Of a stretch of DNA of 64,000 nt, positions 32,267-44,200 are shown one piece after another. The stretch's first letter is position 1; the number at the start of each line of letters is the position of its first letter. Both the position numbers and the translations under genes were made by a program. The stretch spans positions 4,464,001 to 4,528,000 of the forward strand of contig CATNEN010000011.1 in the NCBI GenBank assembly GCA_950097015.1. The letters run 5' to 3'. Source of the stretch: Macrostomum hystrix (lineage: Eukaryota; Animalia; Platyhelminthes). Under the pieces are notes generated by a model. That model did not search any database and was not told where the DNA came from. It saw nothing but the letters and a program-made list of their open reading frames with translations.

Positions 32267-35200
32267 ATGCTAGGACTTCTGAAAACGGTTCTCCTAACTG
32301 CCGCATTGGTCCATGTGCCCATTGTGACAGGCTATTTTCTGCCGCCAGTGTTCGACGCTGCATTTGATCGTCCGCTGGTCACTTCGCCGGCACAGGCCGC
32401 CTGCGGTGTCCCAACGCCTCAACTGCTGGCCTATTGTGAGACTGCAAGCAGATGCTACTGCAACAGAACCTGCCCGCACGGCTACACAGCTCCGGTGCCA
32501 TCGTTGAGCCTGCTGACATTCAACATTTCTGCCACCAATGACACTGGCAGCTCCAGCGACGCCAACTCCACAACGGAGTTCAGACTGCAGCTGGATCGGG
32601 ATTGGCGAGGAGCCGGTGGTAGCGAATTCACTCTCGCCTTCAAATTTCGGTTGCCTGACAAATTCGAGAATGGGTAAAGCTAACTCTTATTACGACCATT
32701 TTTTAACAAGATTCATAGTACTCGTAGCTGTAAAATCAATGCCAGAAAACAAACATCTCATTTTTAGTATAGTGGATTAGAAGTTTTAGCCGCCCTCCGG
32801 GGAGCAAAAGTAGAATTTAAGGATGCATATAATCCCCTCATTAAGCAAACTGTGTTAAAATTACGCTGATAGTCCCGCCTTCACTCTCGCCTTCAAATTT
32901 TGGTTGCCTGACATATTTGAGAATGGTTAAAGCGAACTTTTATCGCGATCATTTTTTGGAAGATTCCTAAGTAGCCATATAGAGAATATACTTCATAATT
33001 TTTTACTTCATTGCAGGACAGTTTTCTACCAGACAAGCGCCAACAATAGTTTGATATTGTCAGTGTCGCTTAGCAAGACAGGACTGCATCTGACTTACCG
33101 AACCGAATCGGCGGTTCTGCAGCGTGTCTCGCATTTAGATCGCTACCAGACTGGCCGATGGTATCACCTGGCCTTGCAGGTACAAAATGACAGGTGGGCA
33201 GTGTTTCTCGACGGTGTTGGGCCAGGACTTACACCTACTGCAGTGTACAGTTGGCCACGTGTTGTGGCAGCAGCTGTTTCGACACCATCTGGTGGTGGCA
33301 CTGGTGGCGGATCTTGGCTTATGCTTGCATCCGCCTGTTGTGGTAAGCCGTGGATTACATTTTAGCAAAAATGTAAACTAAAACTCGTAATTTTTGGATT
33401 CGGAAGCATCCTGAGGGTTCAGAAGCAACCTGAGGTTCAGAAGTTTATAGTATAATATTGAAGCTATAGAATAGTATTCTTGCCATATTTTTATTGGAAT
33501 TCGTAAAAGAAAATTGCTTTTTTACTGTAGAGACTTAAAATTTTTGTCTTGACAATCTCATTTACTCAGTGCAACCTACTTCACAACCTCAGGTTACTCG
33601 GACTTTACAGGCATGCTTCAGGACCTTCTATTATTTAACCAGACCATAGACAATCGAGACATTGATCAGCTGTATAGCGGCCGGCTATTAGAAACGAATC
33701 GAGATTTATCGGATTGTCGCTGTCCACCATCACATCCTCGAATGTCTCTGGAAGATACAGCTGTTTGCCAAACCAACTTTGCTGTTGATGGTAAGCTATT
33801 TTTGTATTGAAACTCGCACTGATCGAACTTGTCCGCGTTGGCACTGAATTTTGAAATGGACAGGATGGACCTTCTAGAACAATGGTTAGAGCTTCGAACT
33901 TCTGACCGAGAGAGGTTGGGAGTTCGATTCTCACCTCAAAAGAGTCGATTTGCATCATTGAGCAAGGTGCGAGTACTTAGTTTCCAAAAGTGGTTCAATT
34001 TACTCGTCAGTGAAATGGCTAATAGCATTAGCTGGGGGTAACCCTACGTAGTTGTTTCGGCCTCCACTGCCCGCGGACTTTAGAAACATCTTTGAAGAGC
34101 TGTGTCTGTGCCACTGGTTATACAACAAACCCAAATGTGCAGCGTCTTGTTCTAAGTTTTGCTGCATTAAATTATCATTAAAGTACATTCCATAGCGTAC
34201 ATGGTTCTACTATCTTCAACAGACTCAACTGTCCCTCGCCTAAACCCGGACGCTCATCCGATACAATTTGCAAATGACGGCAACCCGACCAGTTCGTGGA
34301 TCTCTGCGCGCATGCCTGCCGTTGCCCTGACGATACTCCTGCCAGCTACTCTGCAGGTTGACACAGTCGCCGTTGAGTTGCGAGTTGACAGCGCAGCTGA
34401 AATGCAACCAAAGCGACTGCGTCTTCTGCGTTCGTCTCTAGTTGAAGGCGATTCTACATGGCTTCTGTGGGCAGAATTCTCTACAGATTTAACTGGTAAC
34501 GTCACCGTTTGTTCCGATGCGAGCACTTCAACCAATTTTACGGGCAGTTGCAAGTCAATGCCGACGCCTTCTCTCGGTCGTCTGTCCGTAGCCTTCTCCC
34601 CACCGGATCCATTCGGTTCATCTGAGCGGCGCGCCGCAGCGCTGGCCAGACGGGTTCGCGTTGAAGCATCGGGTCACGTGGCTGGTACCAGCGGCTACTA
34701 CGGCCTCTACGATCTTCGTGTGATGACCAGGTGCGATTGTGGCGGACAGGCAAACGAATGCCAGGTGGACAGGACGAATGGCAGTGTCCGGTGTGCCTGT
34801 AGGTCGGACACTAACACACAGGGCCAACAGGTGAAGTCTTTGCTTACATAAGGCTTTTTGTGATATTTAGAGTTTTACAGTTTTGCTGATTTAGGTCGCT
34901 TTCATTTCAGTGCGAACAATGCCAGCCGATGTACAATGAGAAACCCTACACTGTGGGCCAGCCATGTCGACTGTGCAACTGCAGCGGTCATGCTTCCAGC
35001 TGCGTTTACAACCTGACCCTGGACGAATATCCTAGCGATCTGGCCCGAGGCGGCGGTGGCGTCTGCATCGACTGTGACGCATTCACAACAGGTCGCCGCT
35101 GCGAGCTCTGCCTGCCAGGCTACTACAGACCCGATGGAATATCCGCCTCAGATAGTAGACCTTGCAGGCCGTGCGACTGCGATAGTAACGGAACAATGGG

Positions 35201-38200
35201 AACGCAGAACTGCGCAATGTTTGGCGGTCAGTGCTCGTGCAGGCCGGGAGTCGGCGGCCGACGCTGCGATATTTGCGCCGTCGGGTTCTACAGAAACGGT
35301 ACGAACATTATCGGCGCTAATGGTAGCTGCGTTCGATGCAACTGCAACGAGATTGGCACGGTTGCGGCCGAGGCTAGAACTTGCGACGCGAGCACTGGAG
35401 CCTGCCAGTGCAAGAGGCTTGTAGGCTCGAGAGATTGCAGCGTCTGCCTGCCTGACAGCTACAACCTGAATGCAAGCAATTCTGACGGCTGCCAGACTTG
35501 CGACTGTCATCCGGCTGGTACAGCCGACTGCGACCGCATCAATGGTACCTGCCGGTGCCTTCCTACTCACCAAGGCGTCCGATGTGACTCCTGCAGGTTG
35601 GGCAGCTGGGCACCAACGGCTGATAGCGTCTGCCGGCTTTGCAACTGCACTGGACTCGGCGCTCTGGGCGCCAATGTCACTGGCGGCGACGAGTGCAACC
35701 AGAGGACCGGGGCGTGCCGTTGCTGGCCCGGCGTCACAGGTCCCTCGTGCAGCCAATGCGCACCCGGTTTTTTCGGCCTTTCGTCGGTGGGCTGTCAGCC
35801 CTGTAGGACTGACTGCAACCTGCTCGCCAGCCGCGGATGCGACCCTGTCAGCGGGGCCTGCCTCTGTTTGGCCAACGTAGGTGGAGATCGCTGCGATAGA
35901 TGCATCGAAGGCACTTTTAATCTGACCAGCGGGGGCTGCCAAAAGTGCAGCTGCGATTCTACAGGTTAACAATGCGCTGTCATGGATGCCTTTTTTATAT
36001 TTGCCGGATCAAAATCTATTCAAGAAATGTTGGTGAAAATTTTAAGATATGCTTTTTTAATTTTCCAGGCACTTTATCAATCGCAAGCAACTCAACGGTG
36101 GCCGCCTGCAACTCAACCAGTGGCGCATGTCTCTGTGCAGCAAATCGTACCGGACGCTTCTGCGATGCTTGCCTATCGGGATTTCGACGCGCACCCAATG
36201 GGGGCTCTGGCTGCGTTGCCTGCAACTGTGAGCCTATCGGTAGCTTGTCCGTGGATTGCGAATCCGTCACTGGAAACTGCCAATGTCGCCTGGGCTTTGC
36301 GGGACTTCGCTGTGAACTATGCGACGCCGGCTTCTTCGGCTATCCCGCCTGCAGTCGATGCGGCTGCAATCCAGCTGGTAGTGTCGCTGGTGGCAGCTGC
36401 AATAGAACTACCGGCGTCTGCCAATGCAAAGTCAATGTCTTTGGCGACAAATGCGACCAGTGCAAGCCTGGCACCGGATCGATGGACGCAGCAAATCCAG
36501 AAGGCTGCAGCGGGGCGCCAGTGCTGCAGGGTCCGCCGGTGATGACGGATCGAGGCTCCAGCTTCATCAGCATCGCCTGGGATCCGCCACAGCAGACTAA
36601 TGGAGCTATCGTTGCCTATCTGGTGCTCAGGAATAATAGCATTCTAATTGAAATGAATGTGACGGGTAATATTTTAAGCAGTCAAGCTTCGAATGAAATA
36701 AAATTTACTTCTACTCTGATAAAAAGAATGCGACTTAGAAATTTATCATGAAACACGCTTTTAAGGTCCACGAAACTACACAGACTCGGGCCTTCAAGTA
36801 TACACAGCCTATAGCTACACAATTGTGTCCCGAAACTCTGCCGGTTCAGCCATCAGTCGTCCGCGAACATTCACCACTCTGCCGAACCCACCTGCCGGAG
36901 CATTTACTCTGGACATTAACAACGTTGGTTCTACGAGTGTTCGCCTCGCCTGGTCTGGGCCCAGTGAGCCGAACGGTCCGTTGGACAACTATACAGTGAC
37001 CTCGACAAATACTTACTCGCCAGCAGAGAACTACGTTCACGCAGTCCTTCCAGTGTCAGCGGCATTCACCGTCGTGTCTGGCTTGCGCGTATTCTGCGAC
37101 TATCGCTTCCGCGTCACTGCGTGCGGTCCAGGAGGCTGTCTCGAGAGCCAAACTGCACATTGCACCACCCTCGGCTTGCCTCCAGCGGGTCTGGCCGCGT
37201 TAAACATTTCGGCAATCAACGCCTCTGCTCTGTTCGTGTCTTGGCCAATTCCGAGCCAGCCGAACGGAATTCTCCTGAGCTTCCAGCTCTGGCTAAACGA
37301 CAGTTCCTCTGTTCCGGTGTTCCGATCTGATGGACGCTATGATCCGCGCCTGTCGCCGACGCCCGTCAATCTACCGGGCGTGGACAATGGAGGCCCAGCA
37401 GCCTCTGCGCTGATCAATGGTTTAAGACCGTTCTTCGTCTATGCTCTACGGCTGTCAGCAGTGGGCAGCTTTGGCGTTGGTTACTCGAGCTGGTTCATTG
37501 CTCGCACTGGACCCGCGACCCCGTCCGCCGCGCCGTTGGCTCCAAAGCTGGCTCCAATCAACTCTACAAGCGTCAGGATCTCTTGGGCTGTACCTGAGCC
37601 AGGTGTTCTGTTGGGCCAGTTTGTCAATGCGAGTATATTTTCACCTTCAGCTCCAACCATCCTAGTGTTTGTCACAAGTCAAGCGGATGTGACCCAGTAC
37701 ATTGCTACCGGCTATCTGCCTTATCAAAGCGTTGACTTTGTCTTGCAAGTTTGTAATCCTGTGGCGTGTAGGTGGGTTGACATTTTTATAACCATCGTCG
37801 GATATTTATTTGGAGAAGAATTACGAGCTACTTCAACCTCTAAAGGAACTACCGATCTTACCAACTTTTAGAGACAGCCCAGCAGCTGCGACACGACTCG
37901 ACGCGGCACCACCCGAGGATCAGCCGCCACCCTCACCCCCTGTGCCACTAGCCATTGATCCAACAAGTACGGAGGCTTCAGTTCATATGAGCTGGCCACC
38001 GCCGCGTAAAGTGAATGGCCCACCGCCGAGCTATCGTCTGGAACGACTGCCGGCTGCAGCCGGACTTGCTGAGTCGCCCACGATTGCTGGCGTGCGCCTA
38101 GCCGGATCCGGTTGCTACAGGTTCCCAGGGGATCTTCTGCCCTACAATGTCGACTATTTCGGACTCGACGTGACGCTGCGAATGGCCGCGAAGCCCCGAG

Positions 38201-41200
38201 GTCTTCTACTCTGGTCGGCTGTGCCAGATGGTTAGTCAGATAAGTGTGCATTACTATTTTTAAGATCCACCCTAATACATTTCCTTAGCTCACAATGGTT
38301 CCCATTTCTCTGCTCGATGAACTGAAGCGCAAGGGATTCCGTGTATCGCTCAAGGAAACATGTAGTTTTCCATAGAGTGATGTCCGAACTCCCGACCTTT
38401 TGGTTAGACCTCAGAAGCTCTAACCAAAAGGAGCCACTCCCAAGCTTGAGTATAAAAAGCAGTACTTTAATTCGTTTAAATTCGTTAAAAATTTAGGTAG
38501 CCAGTTTCTAGCAGCCTATTTCACACCTGACGGCAGACTAAACTTCCGATTCCGCCTTGGTGATGACGATGTTAGCGTGGGGAACTGCACATCGCCGTCA
38601 GTACTGGGCGTCAGCACTGGCGTAGCAACAATACTAGCTGGTAGGTGGCATCGTGTATCTGTGCGACGTTTCGGACGCAGCGCTCAGGTAAGCCATTCAA
38701 TGCTAAATTGTTTTGGAATGTGTAGTGCACTGCGTTGCCCTGTCCCTCCCACGCGGGCATAGTCAACGTGCACTGCTCTTGGCACGTACTGTATGTATGC
38801 ACGCACTGTTGCGTAATGCGCTCATGGCTGGACTGCACGTCGGCCTGCCTGCACTGGACGGCACTATATAACAACTCAAATATACGGCCCAAGAGGCCAC
38901 GTTCCTTTCTCACTCAACTGCGCTACAATGGCATCGCAAGTCAGTATTCAAACCCCACCCGCACTGGACCTGCGCACGGACCCTAGCACAGCCCAGACAA
39001 AATGGAAGAAATGGCTCGCCCAGTTCCAGCTGTTCGCGGTCGCCGCAGGCATCGACGACAAGAAGCGGCTGCGCCAGCTGCTACTGTACACCGCCGGCGA
39101 GGACCTGCAGGCGATCGCGGCCGGCCTCACCAACGAGGCGGCGGGCAAGGACATCGATACACTCGTTGTCGCGCTCAATCAGCACTTCGACGGCAAGCGG
39201 AATCTGCCGTTCACCCGCTACCAGTTCAGGCTCTGCACTCAGCGCCCCGGTGAGCCCATTGACGACTGGCTCCAGCGCCTCAAGGACGCCGCCGACTGCT
39301 GCGCCTTCGGTGACCTGCGAGAGTCTCTGATCCGTGATCAGGTGATTGCCTGCTGCAGCTCCGACCAGCTCCGTCGAAAGCTGCTAGCCATCGACAACGT
39401 GGACCTGGAGCAGGCGGTGCGGGCGGCCCGGGCCATGGAAGCGGCGGAGGCCCAAGCGAGCGTCATGGAGGCCAACGATGCGTCTGTGCAGCGGCTCCGA
39501 CGTCAGGAGGCCGGTGCAGCAGCCCCTGCAGCGCGGCGGCCGACAGGGCAGCCGCAAGACAAGCAGCCGAACGGCAGGCAGACCAGGTGCATCAGGTGCG
39601 GAGCCCCCGGCCACCGCACGTGCAGCGCAGCCGAAGGCAAGACGTGCAACCGCTGCGGCAAGCGAAATCACCTGGCGAGGGCCTGCCTGTCCCGGCCGAA
39701 GGAAGACGTCCACGCCCTGCAGGCTGACAGCGACAGTTCAGCGGCGGAGGACGGCGTGTTCTGCCTGACCGTGGCAGCCACAGGAACCGCGGCAGCCGGA
39801 GCCCAGACGTCGGTGTTCGTCGGTTCAACGCAGCTGCCCGTGCTGGTGGACAGCGGCGCTGACTGCAACATCATCACCGAGCAGGCCTGGCGGACACTGC
39901 CGGGACCCCCGCAGCTGCAGGCAACTCGCACGAAGATCTTCGCCTTCCGCTCGCCGAAGCCGCTCAGCACTCTGGGAGCCTGCAGCCTTCGGGTGTCAAC
40001 GGGGCAGAACAGCAGGACGGTTCGCTTCATCGTCGTCCCCGGCGGCGGCACCAACATCCTGGGACGTGAGGCCTCGACTGCGCTCCGGCTCCTGAGCCTG
40101 GGGCCTCAGGTCCACGCGATCGAGGCAACCGAGACGGAGGACCCCGCTATCCAGGCGGTCGTCAGGCAATTTCCCGAGCTCTTCAGAGGCCTCGGCAAGG
40201 TCAAGGACGTCTCTGTGCAGATCAACATCAAATCCGACGCCAGACCAATCTGCCACCCGCCCTCCCGCGTTCCGGTGCACCTCCGGGAGGCGCTGGACCG
40301 CGAGCTAGACGAGCAGGAGCAGCTGGGCATCATCCAGCCAGTCGAGGGCCCCACGCCGTGGGTCAGCCGCATCGTCGTGGTGCCGAAGGAGGACGGCAAG
40401 AGCGTGCGGATCACGCAGGATCTGCGCGACGTGAACAAGGCGGCGCTGAGGGAGCGACACCAGATCCCGACATTCGAGGAGGTGACAAGCGACGAGCGGC
40501 AGCACCACACGGCATCGCGGCGGGCGCCCGCGTGCTGCTTAGGAACCGCGGCAAGGCCAAACTGCGGTGCCCGTTCGACCCGCGCCCCTGGCTCGTCAAA
40601 GCGGTCCACGGCGATGCACTGACGCTGGAGAGAGGCGAGGCCGTGCTGCGGCGGCACGTGACTGAGACCAAGCCGCTGCGCGAGTGCCCCTGGGAGCCAG
40701 ACGAACCGCGGGACGGCCGGCCCGCTCATCCGCAGCCCGCCACAGACGGCGGCGCCACGGACGGTGCCATAGCGCAGAGGCCCCACCCCAGGCAGGCTAA
40801 GAGGCACATCTGCTATAAGGAGTGACTGTAGTGACAGGGCCTGAGAGGCATCTTTCCATGCGAACTATTTGCGTTTTTTTTGCGTTCTGATTTTTCAAGA
40901 CCCACTCAATGCGCCGCGCGTTTGACCTTTTTACTCTGAGGGGGAGAGATGTAGTGCACTGCGTTGCCCTGTCCCTCCCACGCGGGCATAGTCAACGTGC
41001 ACTGCTCTTGGCACGTACTGTATGTATGCACGCACTGTTGCGTAATGCGCTCATGGCTGGACTGCACGTCGGCCTGCCTGCACTGGACGGCACTATATAA
41101 CAACTCAAATATACGGCCCAAGAGGCCACGTTCCTTTCTCACTCAACTGCGCTACAGAATGGAATCATGGTCAAATATCTACATTTTCTAAGAAAAAAAT

Positions 41201-44200
41201 GTGATTCTATGTCTTTCAAACAAAATCTGTTTGCTTTTCATGCAGACTTATGCATCAAGCTAGTAGTTGCAGGAGGGCTGCAGGCAATGGCACATCATTT
41301 GGAGACACTAGACCTGCAGCCAGCGAGGAGACAATTCTGCCCATTCCGCTGACTCCTGAGCATACACACACACACAGTTACCGTACGCAGAAATACGCTC
41401 TCACAAGTACATCAGCCATGACTTTCACATCGTCAGGCAGTGTACACTTTCACTGTGCCTTGGAGTTTGGCCCTAAAGGGCGTAAGTTGCACGACAAGCC
41501 CCCAAGCCTTCTCTCCTCGGCTACGCCCAAATGAATGTGGCATTAAGCTAAATTAATCAACAATATTGATAGCAATGTTTGCAAGGAGTGGTCTGGACAG
41601 ACAGATCATTTCCGTAGCGTATTACATTCCGCTGGTCCCTGGCACACACATACACGTGTGTACGACTGGCCTTGTGTCTTGGACATTCCACCAAGCTTAG
41701 TAAATTTTATGAATGCAGTTTTCTCGCTTTTTGTGGCAGGTTACAGTCGACGGAAAGACATTTAACAGCGGCCCCTTGACAGCGGACAGCATACGTGGCT
41801 GCAACCGCAGAACTCTGATGGGACTCAGCGCTGGAGTGTATATTGGCGGCCTGCCCGAGGTTCAGGACGACGACGCTGAAGTAGCGATCGCGGCGGCGAA
41901 AGTCATAAACCCTGTTGAGGGTCGTCAAGCCTTGCTTGGCTGCCTGCGAGATGCACGCCTCTTGACTGATGTGCTACCATCGACCACAACAATGTCACTG
42001 GACTGGCGGCGAGCCGTTTCGCCAAACTACCTGACTCAGGTTTGCTCTCTATACATTTGCATAAACAGTAAACCACAGCGGTATTTCGAATGTCCACATT
42101 TTTCTCTTCTTTTGTCTCTCAAAATGTTCAACAATCGCCATAAAAATCCAGAAGACGAGATAAATTTTCCACCTTCTCCGATGAAACAACTTCCAGAATC
42201 ACAAAACATCGATATCGCTGAGATATTCACCGATTCTTATCGGGGTATCTGGTGGCAAAAAACACCACTAGGGCCTGCTTTTTCTGCTAATAATAATTAA
42301 TAATTGATTACACCTGCCCCAATCGGGTCAGATGTGCAGCCGACAGCACAGCCGCAGCTATTGCGCGGCGCATCTGAAGGCTGCGTACGGCTGTTCAGTC
42401 TATGGACTGGGGGGACGCCACACCCACCTTCAATTATCCCAGCTGATGCTGGTACCCATTTAACAGCTGGGTGAACTGAAGCAATGCAGAGTTAAGTGTC
42501 TTGCTAAAGGACACAAATTGTTCCAGTGGAGACGGGAATCGAACCCCCGACCTTTCTGCTAAAAAATGTCATCATGTAATTATGTCGGCTTTTATTGTTA
42601 ACTACTTTAGATTGGTTAAAGAAATTATTTAGTTATTTTTCCAACCAACATGAATTTTCCAAAGAGTTTTATACCGAGAAATGCTAGTTGTTTTTGTCAG
42701 CAGGGTCTCCTGACTCGGACGACTTGGAAGATAGTTTTCATCGTAAAGTGCAGAAAATTTCTATACGTTTGATGGACTTCACGAAAATAGATCATTCGGT
42801 TTTGAAATTATCGTGAAGTAGGCAGTGGGTATTTGAAGTACCCCGTGGTCTTTCCCAGGGAGAAAAATACGAGTAGCGTCGTCTTTTTACAGTTAAAAGT
42901 TGTGACTTTATTTCAACTCAAATCTTTCCCTATCTGCTTCAGCACTGGCAGGGCTGTCCTGCTGAACTGGCAAGCGGTGTTACCGCTAGATTCTTGGGTA
43001 GAGGCTATGCCTTCAGCCCTGCAGGAATTCTCGGCACCTCATGCAATCAAAGCAACAGCGTCCGGTTCGAACTGAGCTTTCGAACTTCCGACATCTTTTT
43101 AGAAAGCTCTGAAGCCGTCTTATTGGCTTTTGCGCACGGCAAGAGTGAAGAAGGCCAAGCTGCTGCCCTGCTGCTGATGCTTGACTCCGCTTTGCCTCCT
43201 GAAGAGAAGGATGCGACTATACGTATGCTTGTACTGTTGCCAGGCATGGGAAATATGGCCGTAGTAACTTTAGGATCCAATGATGATAACTCGTCATCGT
43301 CAACTGCTTCAACATGCTTCAATAGAGGTTGGCACACCCTGGAACTGGAGCAGATGCGAAATGCGACTTCGACGAGTGATTTGAAAATTCTTATCGATGG
43401 AAAGCCTATCGCTTTAGTAATAGATGGAGAAAGTATTGGCAGTTCAAACGTTTCATCAGTTACGCCATCATCTGACTGCGGCCTCGTCTCGCCTCTGTTT
43501 CTGGGCGGCCTACCATCACCAGCCAGTAGCTTGGCAGCGGCTGAGGCTGCTGAAGCTTTGCGGCAGCTTCTTCAAGTTGAAGAGCTTCCGGAACTATGTA
43601 AGAGTGCGTTAGATATATTTGTGGGAATCTAACTCAGCATTTTGCTCGATTGTAATACTCGTAGCTACCATAAGACCCTTAATGACTATAAAGCTCGCGT
43701 ATCACAGAGTTCGAACTTTAGGGCTGAATTTTTCGCTGCCGATCGAAATGGAAGCTGAAATCAAAACTTATCTTACGAAGGTTCCATAGTATAGCATCAG
43801 TGCTTTCTAGGCGTACTTACTATGATAGACGTGAGCAGGCTGTAATTCTGGAGGTTTAATTCTTTTCAACGACTATTATCGCAACATTTGTTTCCTAAGT
43901 GGCCTTCATTCTTATTATTAAATCGAGACTACGATGCAGAATGCATTCTTTTTAATTCATTATTTAGTTAAACGTTCGTATAACTCGTTTCGATTTTTTT
44001 GTTTCGATCGTCGTCACTTTTGTCAATCGGACTTTGATGAGTGAGCCAGTATAGGACTCGCTGCACACCAATGTCCCCGAACACGATTTCACAATGAGGC
44101 TACATACAGTACATTCATTAATGTGCGCATTCGTGGAGACAATGCTTAGGCGCTTGTAATGCAACTTAGGCATTTGCCAACTTCAGTGAGATCGTTTATT

